Assembly: GCF_030158645.1 (NCBI RefSeq)
Contig: NZ_JAOASO010000144.1
Coordinates: 8,815-72,814 of the forward strand
Direction: 5' to 3'
Source: Hydrogenophaga sp.
GTDB taxonomy: Bacteria; Pseudomonadota; Gammaproteobacteria; Burkholderiales; Burkholderiaceae_C
Length of the DNA stretch: 64,000 nucleotides
The position numbers were made by a program, and so were the translations under genes. Each line of letters opens with the position of its first letter. Positions within the stretch are counted from its first letter, which is position 1. The notes under the pieces were generated by a model. It was not told the origin of the DNA. It saw only the letters and a list, made by a program, of their open reading frames with translations, and ran no database searches. Below are positions 53,428 through 64,000 of this stretch, in pieces.

Positions 53428-54732
53428 TCAGCACTTGGCGCCCTTGAAGCCGCTCTTGATCCAGTCTTCGGTCTTCATGTCGGCGGGCGGATTCACGCAC
53501 TCGGCGGGGAATCGCATGATGTCCACCAGATCCACCCGCTTCTTCTCGGGGTTGTACTTGGTGGTGCCGATGGCGGTGTCCTGGATGGCCTGTTGGCCTT
53601 TGCCATTGACCATGCGGATCATGCCGGCAGGGGACTCCCATGAGGAGCCGCGCAGGGCTGCCGCGAGCTGCTCGGGGTTGGGCTTCTTGCCACCGTTGGC
53701 GGCCATCGCCTTTTCAACCGCCAGCTTCAAGCCCATCAGGCTTTGCGCCATGCGGTAGGGCGCCTGCACGGGGATGACTTTCTCGCGGTCCTCGTACAGC
53801 TTGAACCACCAGCGGTTCAAGGGGGTGTCGGGTGACATCAGGCCGTAAGCACCGCGAGCACCGAGGATCACGCCATCGGGCATCTTCTCGCCCAGACCCG
53901 GCAGCACGTGATCGCCCGCCGACAGGACCAGTTGCGAGCGGCGCATGACACCGCGCGGGCCCGCTTGCAGGATGAACGACTGCAGGTCGCCACCCCAGAG
54001 ACTGGAGTGCGTGACGCTGGCGGGCGAGGACAGCAGCGACGAGATCTCCGTGCCGTACTGGCCAGCACCGAACTTGGGGCGCAGGTCCTGGCCCGTCTTG
54101 GCCTGCGGGAACAGCTGCTCTGCGCTGAGCTGGAAATCCTTGAGCGAATCGTGACCCCAGGCGTAGTCCTGATTGATGTAGTTGATGGTCTCGACCTTGG
54201 CGTTCTTGGCCTTCAGATAGCGACCGAGCGAGACGTTGTCCATCGCGGCGTGTGCGGCCGTGCGGAAGACATAGCTGTAATCGCGCTCTTCAAAAATACG
54301 GGGGGTGCCGCAGTCGTACAGGATGAGGAAACGCTTCATTTCCTCGGCCACGGGCGCCACGGCCAGGCAGTCGCCCGAACCCACGTAACCCACCACGGCA
54401 TCCACTTTCTCGCGGTCGTACAGGTTGCGCAGTTCCTGCACCTGCTTGGTCGCACCACCGGCCTCGTCCACGTAGATGGCCTCGATGCGCATCCCGCCGA
54501 AACCCTTGTTGTTGTAGGGTGCCGGCGCCTGGCCGTTGTTGAAAGCCTCGACCAGCAGCTTGGCTCCGTTCACAGCCGGGATGCCGAAGCTGTCCGCCGC
54601 CTGGCCCGAAAGGAAGCTGACAATACCGACCCGGAAAGTTTCCTGCGCTTGCACCTGAGTGGACAGGCCAGTCCCCAGCAACATCGCCGCAGCCACCGCC
54701 GACAGCTTCACCAACAGTTTGTTCCGTCTCAT
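53428..54732 (-). CDS. Liv-family ABC substrate-binding protein
   Basis: Signal peptide ending QVQA, RVGIVSFLSG, YVFRTA, DYAWG. Confidence 0.9.
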   Translation of the reverse strand: MRRNKLLVKLSAVAAAMLLGTGLSTQVQAQETFRVGIVSFLSGQAADSFGIPAVNGAKLLVEAFNNGQAPAPYNNKGFGGMRIEAIYVDEAGGATKQVQELRNLYDREKVDAVVGYVGSGDCLAVAPVAEEMKRFLILYDCGTPRIFEERDYSYVFRTAAHAAMDNVSLGRYLKAKNAKVETINYINQDYAWGHDSLKDFQLSAEQLFPQAKTGQDLRPKFGAGQYGTEISSLLSSPASVTHSSLWGGDLQSFILQAGPRGVMRRSQLVLSAGDHVLPGLGEKMPDGVILGARGAYGLMSPDTPLNRWWFKLYEDREKVIPVQAPYRMAQSLMGLKLAVEKAMAANGGKKPNPEQLAAALRGSSWESPAGMIRMVNGKGQQAIQDTAIGTTKYNPEKKRVDLVDIMRFPAECVNPPADMKTEDWIKSGFKGAKC

Positions 54733-55058
54733 CACTTGTCTCCAGAATTTTTTGAACGACCAGCACAGCCCTGCGTCGAAAAGACCGCAGGGAACAATGA
54801 CCAGAGTCACCAGCGCCCAGCCTTGCCGGTGGGCGCCACCATCGGGGCTCAGATCACCGTCTGATGGCCCTGAAGGTGAAGGCATCCTATCGACCGCCCA
54901 GGGCATGACTTGTCCCTGCAGCGACAAGACGCCGACAACGGCCGCGAGACCCCATGGAAACCCTAGGCGCCCGAACCGTTGTCGACGTGTGAAGGCGGGT
55001 GGGTTTTGCAGGCGCGTGCGCGGGCACGGACCATGGGGCGCGTGAGGCGATACACACC

Positions 55059-55406
55059 ATGAAGACCGATGCACAACACGAGATGGGCGTGTAGGCCGAA
55101 CTCGCATCGGAGCCGGCGGTGGATTCGTCGCACAGCGGCGTTGCCGAACAGATGGTGCGCCCCATCACGGGTGTGCGCGATGGCACCGACCGCATCACGC
55201 TCAAGACCACCTGCACGCCCTCGAACCTCGCCGGGCGCATGGAGCAGGCGTTGGGTCACCAGGCCGAGCGCGAGACCAAGGCCATCGAGGTCACGGTCAA
55301 TGGGGCCTCCGCCACGTTTTGCGGGCAGGTGCATTCGACCCGGCCGCCCACCACCACACCCCAGCCAGGAGCTCGGCGCGCCCAGCCACCTGCGCGGTGT
55401 GAGTGA
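55059..55406 (+). pseudogene. Decayed multi-BON (OsmY-like) gene
   Basis: MKTDAQHEMGV*AELASEPAVDSSHSGVA joined to EQMVRPITGV...IEVTVNG...GQVHS; TAG at 55092-55094, internal deletion, eroded 3' end. Confidence 0.72.
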
Positions 55407-55470
55407 GATTGACGCTCCCACCCGCGACCATCGCGTCACCCCCGACAGAACGCTCCATCGAGATAGCGGT

Positions 55471-55995
55471 TCAGGCGGGAGCCTGGTCCTGCAACGGAGG
55501 CAGCGAGACGGACACCGAAGGCACCCGTTTGAGTTCCAGCAGAAAGCGCCGCAGCGCCGGATCGCGCTGGCATTGGGGCACCACACGTTCGGTCAGCGCC
55601 AGCCGGGTCAGCGCCGGGTGCCCGCACAAGCGCTCCAGATCGTCCAGCGCCTTGGCTTGGCCGGAGCCGCCACAGGTGCAGAACAGCGCCACGTGGGTCA
55701 GCGCCGCGTGATGTCGCCTCACCCAGGTTCGAACGGGACTGGCCACGCCCCAGAACCACACGGGCGTGCCCACAATCACCAGGTCGTAGTCGCCCGGGCG
55801 GTGGCGCCCCTGTTCGATGGCCGGGTGCAAGCCCAACAGCGCTTCGAGCGACGACCGCAGATAGCCGACCACCCCCCGGCGCGGTTGGCGGTCCTGGATG
55901 CGTTCCAGGTCCGCGTGGCAGCGAGACGCGATCTGCCGGGCGACGAATTCGGTGTGCCCACTGCCGGAGTAATAAACGACCAGGATACGGTTCAT
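55471..55995 (-). CDS. Flavodoxin-family protein
   Basis: ILVVYYSGSGHT, IVGTPVW, ALFCTCGG. Confidence 0.88.
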   Translation of the reverse strand: MNRILVVYYSGSGHTEFVARQIASRCHADLERIQDRQPRRGVVGYLRSSLEALLGLHPAIEQGRHRPGDYDLVIVGTPVWFWGVASPVRTWVRRHHAALTHVALFCTCGGSGQAKALDDLERLCGHPALTRLALTERVVPQCQRDPALRRFLLELKRVPSVSVSLPPLQDQAPA

Positions 55996-56181
55996 GGTGC
56001 CATTCCTTTCATGACCACCCACACATCACGTCATCAGCCGCAGCGGCACGGGCGAACTGTCGACGTCCTCCAGGACCGGGGGCGCAAGGGTCGCGCCGTA
56101 CACCGGGTTGCTCCCGTTCACGCGTGCCGTGGTCAAGCCATCGACGGCGATGAAGCGCCGAACATGGTTCGCTCCGGACCG

Positions 56182-56646
56182 TCATGGTTGAGCGCGCCAG
56201 CTGCCATCGGGCTGACGGCAGGCCGTGCCCCACATCTGCTCAACGCGCCCGCCGATGACGGCGTTCACCTGGTATTCGCGGCAAGGGCCGTCCTCGCTGC
56301 CGTAGGTGCGTGTGGGTACCACGGTGTAGCGGTACCCGGTGTCCGGGTTGACCCACTGGCTGGGCACACCGGTGCGCACCGTCTCCAGCGTCTGTGCGGT
56401 CAGGTAGCGGTCGCGCTCGGCCATGGAACGACCCACCGCGCCGCCCACGGCCACGCCGGTGAGCGTGCCCAGGATCACCGCCGCGGTGCGACCGCTGCCG
56501 TGGCCGAACTGGGAGCCCACCACGCCACCGAGCAGGCCGCCGATCACCATGCCGCTTTGCTCCTGTGTCACGGGGGTCTGGCAGGCCACCAGCGCCAAGG
56601 CGGCCAGCACCATGGGCAACGAACGTTTCAGAGAGCTTGTGTGCAT
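56182..56646 (-). CDS. RT0821/Lpp0805-like (17-kDa antigen) glycine-zipper lipoprotein
   Basis: Lipobox LVAC, glycine zipper GGLLGGVVG, WVNPDTG, CREY, GTACRQPDGSW. Confidence 0.88.
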   Translation of the reverse strand: MHTSSLKRSLPMVLAALALVACQTPVTQEQSGMVIGGLLGGVVGSQFGHGSGRTAAVILGTLTGVAVGGAVGRSMAERDRYLTAQTLETVRTGVPSQWVNPDTGYRYTVVPTRTYGSEDGPCREYQVNAVIGGRVEQMWGTACRQPDGSWRAQP

Positions 56647-56715
56647 GGTGAAGGTCCAGCAACGTCGCGGCGCGCGGCGGATAGCCCAGTCTGTGGGGGA
56701 CAGCGCGCGGCGCGC

Positions 56716-56729
56716 TTGAGCGTGCTCAA
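56716..56729 (-). promoter_or_regulatory. FNR-type box upstream of the lipoprotein
   Basis: Palindrome TTGAG-CGTG-CTCAA; CAGACT -10 at 56693-56688 gives -41.5 spacing. Confidence 0.7.
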
Positions 56730-56792
56730 TGCCGGCGCAGCTGGTCACGCCCCTGGGCGTGGCGCCACCGGCAGCGCCTGCGTGCCCCCGCA

Positions 56793-56806
56793 TTGATCGC
56801 ACTCAA
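56793..56806 (+). promoter_or_regulatory. FNR-type box upstream of the host-attachment/degP operon
   Basis: TTGAT-CGCA-CTCAA; TAGATT -10 at 56829-56834 gives -41.5 spacing. Confidence 0.8.
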
Positions 56807-56862
56807 GCGTGGGGGTTCTCGTGGGTCGTAGATTGGGTGCCCTGAACACCCAAGGACACGTC

Positions 56863-57249
56863 ATGAGAAAGCAGTGGATTCTGGTTGCCAACGGGTCACG
56901 CGCCCGCTTCTTCTGCCGCGACGGTGTGGGCGATCCCCTGGTGGCGCTGGAGACCATGGACGGCCCCGAGGCTTGTACCCGGGGCAACGCCCTCCAGCGC
57001 GACCACCCATTCGCCCACGAACTCGCCCAGCGGCTGGAGGAAGGCGTGGTCGACGGCGAGTACGAGACCTTCTGGCTGATCGCCTCCAGTCCGCTGCTGA
57101 ACGAGATCCAGCATTGCCTGAACCGGGGTGTGGACTACCGTCTGAAATGGACGCACGACGCCGACTTCACCAGCCTGGACGCAGGAACACTCGAGCGCCG
57201 GCTGCGTGAGTTGCGGGAATTGCATGAACCGGGCATGCCCGTCCACTGA
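56863..57249 (+). CDS. Host-attachment (baeRF12-like) family protein, short form
   Basis: WILVANGSRARFF, FAHELAQRL, LIASSPLL, DFTSL. Confidence 0.75.
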   Translation: MRKQWILVANGSRARFFCRDGVGDPLVALETMDGPEACTRGNALQRDHPFAHELAQRLEEGVVDGEYETFWLIASSPLLNEIQHCLNRGVDYRLKWTHDADFTSLDAGTLERRLRELRELHEPGMPVH

Positions 57250-57282
57250 CGTCATGGCCGGGCGGGCCACACCGACCGAACC

Positions 57283-58662
57283 ATGAAAAAAGCCGCCAAG
57301 CATCTCGCCGCGCTGGCGCTGCTGGCCTGCGCGTTGGCGGTGCCAGCCGCCGAGCCCACCGCAGCGGCGCCGGCGCTGCCGGGTGGACTCGCTCCCAATC
57401 ACCGCGCCATCGTGGAACTGGCCGGACCGGCGGTGGTCGGCGTCGACGTGGTCGGCATGCGCATCCCCCCGGCTTCGGTCTGGACACCCGGCGACAACGC
57501 GCCCGCATGGCCGCCCATGGACGCGCTGCCCTTTCGCGCTCAGGGCTCGGGGTTCATCATCAGCAGCGACGGACTGCTGCTCACCAGTGCACACGTGATC
57601 GAAGGCGCGCGACGCATCACCGTGCGCCTGAGCGACCGGCGCCAGTTCCAGGCCCAGCTGGTGGGCAGCGACCCGACCACCGATGTGGCCGTGCTGCGCG
57701 TGAATGCCCAAGCCTTGCCGGTGGTGCGACTGGGCCGGTCCAGCCGTTTGCAGGTGGGCGACCCGGTGGTGGTCATCGGGTCGCCGTTCGGGCTGGAGCA
57801 GAGCGTCTCGCAAGGCATCGTCAGCGCCTTGGGCCGCGCCCTGCCGGGTTTGGCTGCGGTACCGCACATCCAGACCGACGCCTCCGTCAACCCAGGCCAC
57901 TCGGGCGGACCGCTGCTCGATGCCAGCGCCTCGGTGGTGGGCATCAACTCGCAGATCTACACCCTGTCGGGCGGCTACGAAGGCCTGTCGTTTGCGGTGC
58001 CCATCGACGTGGCACTGCGGGTCAAGGACCAGATCGTCGCCCATGGACGGATGCTTCACGGCTATCTGGGCGTGACGATCCAGAACCTGGACCTCACGCT
58101 GGCCAGCGCCTTTGGACTGGATCGTCCGCGAGGCGCGCTGGTGGCCGCCACCGATGCGGGGAGCGCGGCAGACCAGGGAGGCCTGCGCGCGGGCGACGTC
58201 ATCATTGCCTTCAACGGTGAACCCCTGGGCCAGGCGGGCGAACTCACCAGCCACCTGGGCCTGACAGCGCCGGGCGAACGGGTGCGACTCACGGTGTGGC
58301 GGGACCAGCAGGCCACGGACCTCACCGTCCGGCTGGACCAGGCGATGGACCTGGCGCTTGAGAACCCGATCGGCCAAGCGGGTGCTGCGCAGGCCCGGGT
58401 TGAACTGGGCTGGCAATTGCGAATCCTGACCGCTCAGGAGCGCAGCGTGCTGGGCGTGGTGGGTGGACTGTGGGTGGAACAGGTGAGCGGGCTCACAGCG
58501 CAAGCCGGCCTGCGCGCAGGTGACGCGCTGCTGTCCATCAATCTCAGGCCCGTGCACACGCTGGAAGACGTGCGTCTGCAGCTGCGCGAGCGCCCCTTGA
58601 ACGCAGCCCTGCTGGTGGATCGGGATGGAGAACGCCAGTTCATCCCGCTGCTGCTGGACTGA
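57283..58662 (+). CDS. DegP/DegQ-like HtrA protease with two PDZ domains
   Basis: Signal peptide, GSGFIIS, AHV, DVAVL, PGHSGGPL, GLSFAVP, two GL..GD PDZ motifs. Confidence 0.9.
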   Translation: MKKAAKHLAALALLACALAVPAAEPTAAAPALPGGLAPNHRAIVELAGPAVVGVDVVGMRIPPASVWTPGDNAPAWPPMDALPFRAQGSGFIISSDGLLLTSAHVIEGARRITVRLSDRRQFQAQLVGSDPTTDVAVLRVNAQALPVVRLGRSSRLQVGDPVVVIGSPFGLEQSVSQGIVSALGRALPGLAAVPHIQTDASVNPGHSGGPLLDASASVVGINSQIYTLSGGYEGLSFAVPIDVALRVKDQIVAHGRMLHGYLGVTIQNLDLTLASAFGLDRPRGALVAATDAGSAADQGGLRAGDVIIAFNGEPLGQAGELTSHLGLTAPGERVRLTVWRDQQATDLTVRLDQAMDLALENPIGQAGAAQARVELGWQLRILTAQERSVLGVVGGLWVEQVSGLTAQAGLRAGDALLSINLRPVHTLEDVRLQLRERPLNAALLVDRDGERQFIPLLLD

Positions 58663-58740
58663 GTCGCCACCGGCAGCACCAGGAGCGGATGGGCATCACG
58701 GACGCCTCCCGGCCCGTTCTTCGACCGGCACCTTCCAGTG

Positions 58741-61516
<2,776 letters not shown>

Positions 61517-61630
61517 GGGAGCGTGGGGGATCATGGGCAGCAGTGTGGCGCAAACGGCGGAGAACGGGGCGCTGCGGGTGGGATGGAGCAGGTATTGTAA
61601 AAACACGGCCTGCAACAGGGAGAAACGCAC

Positions 61631-62323
61631 ATGGATGGCCTTGTCGTGGTCGGGCTCAAGAGCCTGCCGATGGATGCGCGACCGCGCGAAAAACTGCTGG
61701 CGCGCGGGCCGGCAGCACTCAGCGACGTGGAACTGCTGGCGTTGCTGCTGCGCACCGGCATCCGCGGCAAACACGTGGTGCAGCTCGCGCAGGAGCTGCT
61801 GGAGCACTTTGGCGGGATGGCCGGTTTGCTGCACTCCAGCGCCGAAGCGCTCAAGCAGATCAAGGGCCTGGGCCCGGCCAAACGAGCCGAGGTGCTGGCG
61901 GTTCTCGAACTCGCCCGCCGTGCGCTCACGCAGCGCCTGCAGGAGAAAACCCTGATGGAGAACCCACAGGCGGTGCGCGAATACCTGCAACTGCAACTGG
62001 GTGGACGGCAGCACGAGGTGTTTGCGGTGATGTTTCTCGATTCACAAAACCGGCTGGTCGCGCTCGAAGAACTGTTTCGCGGCACCCTGACGCAAACCAG
62101 CGTGTACCCGCGCGAAGTGGTGCTGCGCGCCCTGCACCACCACGCGGCGGCCGTGGTGCTGGCCCACAACCACCCCAGTGGCACCGCCCTGCCCTCGCGC
62201 GCCGATGAAGCCTTGACCGCCACCTTGAAGTCGGCGCTGGCGCTGGTGGACGTGAAGGTGCTGGACCACTTCATCGTCACGCGCAACCAGGCTGCGTCCA
62301 TGGCCGAAATGGGCCTCATCTGA
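61631..62323 (+). CDS. radC: RadC/JAB-domain protein
   Basis: [41 protein letters not shown]. Confidence 0.93.
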   Translation: MDGLVVVGLKSLPMDARPREKLLARGPAALSDVELLALLLRTGIRGKHVVQLAQELLEHFGGMAGLLHSSAEALKQIKGLGPAKRAEVLAVLELARRALTQRLQEKTLMENPQAVREYLQLQLGGRQHEVFAVMFLDSQNRLVALEELFRGTLTQTSVYPREVVLRALHHHAAAVVLAHNHPSGTALPSRADEALTATLKSALALVDVKVLDHFIVTRNQAASMAEMGLI

Positions 62324-62384
62324 CACCGCAGGGTTGATCGCGGCGCCCCGGTGGGTGGTGAGGGCGCTCCGTCACAATCGCCGC

Positions 62385-63020
62385 ATGAAAGTCAACACGC
62401 TGGCCGATCTGAAAACGCTCAAACGCGTGATGGCCGAGCGTGCGGCGGCCGAAGCGGCGCGGCGCGAAGCCGCGCGCCAGGCCGAGCTGCAGCGCGAACG
62501 CGAGCGCCGCCTGTTTGCACTGGCCGTGGGGCCGGTGCAGCCCATCGTGGATCCCGGCCGCATCGAACCGCGCCCGGTGCCGGTGGAGCCTCTGCCTGTG
62601 CAGCGCCAGCTCGACGAGGCCTCGGTGATGCGCGAAGCGCTCAGCGACGAGTTCGACATCGAGACCCTGCTGCACACCGACGACATGCTGAGCTACCGCT
62701 GCCCGGGCATCGGGCCGGACGTGATGCGCAAACTGCGCGATGGCAGCTGGAGCATCCAGCGCCAGATTGATCTCCACGGTCTGCGCACCGATGAAGCCCG
62801 CGAAGCCCTGGGCCGCTTCATCCGCGAGGCCCACCAGCAAGGTCTGCGCTGCGTGCGCGTGGTGCACGGCAAGGGCCTGGGCTCTCCGGGGCGCATGCCG
62901 GTGCTCAAGAACCGCGTGCTGCGCTGGCTGATCCAGAAGAGCGAGGTGATGGCGTTTGTGCAAGCGCGACCGGCCGAGGGTGGGGCCGGGGCGCTGGTGG
63001 TGTTGTTGCGGTCGGGGTGA
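62385..63020 (+). CDS. Smr-domain protein
   Basis: IDLHGL, VVHGKGLGS, GGAGALVV. Confidence 0.9.
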   Translation: MKVNTLADLKTLKRVMAERAAAEAARREAARQAELQRERERRLFALAVGPVQPIVDPGRIEPRPVPVEPLPVQRQLDEASVMREALSDEFDIETLLHTDDMLSYRCPGIGPDVMRKLRDGSWSIQRQIDLHGLRTDEAREALGRFIREAHQQGLRCVRVVHGKGLGSPGRMPVLKNRVLRWLIQKSEVMAFVQARPAEGGAGALVVLLRSG

Positions 63021-63104
63021 ACTCCCCGCCATGGCGCTTCGCTTCGTCACCGCCCTGTTGGGCGGTGTTTTCAATCCAGAGGCTGAACGCCTTGAAAGGT
63101 CGGC

Positions 63105-63503
63105 ATGAACGAACGTTGGAAGAACATCGGCTTTGTCGCAGCCGGGCTCATGAACATCGGCGGCGTGCTCGTCTTTTCGCGGGCTTTCACCAACACGGCC
63201 ATCAACGAGGCCGACCCGGTGGTGATGTCGAACTTCGGGCTTCTGATGATTGTGGTGTGGGGCCTGGCTTACCTGGGCGCTGCGACCGTCACATCGGGCG
63301 TCCGATGGATCGCCGGTGCATTCGCGCTGGAGAAACTTGTCTATGTCGTTGTCTGGTTCCAGTGGCTGTCGGCGAACAGCCTCGACGATCTCTACGCCAA
63401 GGATGTGTGGGCGGGCGTGTTCTTCAGCATCTACGGCGCCAACGACCTGGTGTTCATGTTGTTCTTTGCCTGGGTCTTCTTCCTGAAGCAGCCCTCCAGG
63501 TAA
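63105..63503 (+). CDS. Small 4-TM membrane protein of unknown function
   Basis: Clean ORF after a purine-rich RBS-like stretch, four hydrophobic segments. Confidence 0.7.
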   Translation: MNERWKNIGFVAAGLMNIGGVLVFSRAFTNTAINEADPVVMSNFGLLMIVVWGLAYLGAATVTSGVRWIAGAFALEKLVYVVVWFQWLSANSLDDLYAKDVWAGVFFSIYGANDLVFMLFFAWVFFLKQPSR

Positions 63504-63551
63504 GGCACGACCCTCGCACCGCGCGCCCCGCCGACGGACACCACCGGGAGG

Positions 63552-63962
63552 CTACGCCGGCGAATTCCGCATCCAGTCCGCCGTCTGGAAAAAGCTGGTC
63601 TTGAGCCGCGCGCGCAGCACCGGGTCCACGCCCGTTTCACCCATCGCCTGGTCCATGCAGGCCAGCCACTGGTCGCGCTCCTGCACACCGATGGCAAACG
63701 GCATGTGGCGCATGCGCAGGCGGGGGTGGCCGAACTGCTCGGTGTAGAGCTGCGGGCCGCCGAGCCAGCCACAGAGGAACCAGAACAGTTTCTGGCGCGC
63801 GTCTTCCAGCGTGTTGCCGTGGGCGGCGCGCAACTCGGCGTAGCCGGGCTCGATGTCCATGAGGTCGTAGAAGCGGTCGACCAGGGCGCGCACTCGGTCT
63901 TCGCCACCGATCCATTCGAACGGCGTGGCGAACGGTGCGGGCTCTTGAATGTCGGTCGTCAT
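63552..63962 (-). CDS. Group II truncated hemoglobin
   Basis: IGGEDRVRALVDRFYD, FLCGWLGGP.LY, GHPRLRMRH, RDQWL. Confidence 0.92.
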   Translation of the reverse strand: MTTDIQEPAPFATPFEWIGGEDRVRALVDRFYDLMDIEPGYAELRAAHGNTLEDARQKLFWFLCGWLGGPQLYTEQFGHPRLRMRHMPFAIGVQERDQWLACMDQAMGETGVDPVLRARLKTSFFQTADWMRNSPA

Positions 63963-64000
63963 GCTGCGGCCTTGCGCAAGGTTTCCACCACGGGGGTGCG

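Noticed and set aside
63959-64000. 3' end of a minus-strand gene (…RTPVVETLRKAAA*) overlapping the hemoglobin start
   Set aside because: Only 13 codons are inside the window, too few to identify.

Overview
High-GC betaproteobacterial chromosome, Comamonadaceae-like by gene order and codon style (inference). It has three parts. (1) 1-26.6 kb is mostly core: LysR fragment, a Cache-protein/MCP pair, hns-rluC/rne, hemC-hemD-hemX-hemY divergent from ppc, PHP-DMT-yciO-S2P-trpS, a two-component pair and tRNA-Ser(CGA). (2) About 26.65-58.7 kb is an accessory-looking stretch between tRNA-Ser and serS, with no integrase or att repeat visible. It carries a MetOD1/V4R-like protein plus PAS hybrid kinase, a PepSY-DUF2271-flavoreductase-ApbE flavinylation operon, a P-type ATPase, cytochrome c-VIT1, an arginine deiminase operon, an Aer-like receptor broken by one stop codon, a prodomain-less S8 protease with a putative beta-barrel partner, a Liv-type ABC transporter with an acyl-CoA ligase, and two decayed BON genes. 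Three back-to-back pairs of FNR/ANR-type boxes with correctly spaced -10 elements tie much of this stretch into a probable low-oxygen regulon. (3) 58.7-64 kb is core again: serS, ispH, FKBP PPIase, radC, Smr and a truncated hemoglobin. The best candidates for undescribed systems are the sigma28-driven soluble-Cache/MCP pair, the MetOD1-kinase pair, the S8/barrel pair, and the flavinylation operon whose ApbE has no signal peptide. All family calls come from reading motifs by eye; no searches were run.
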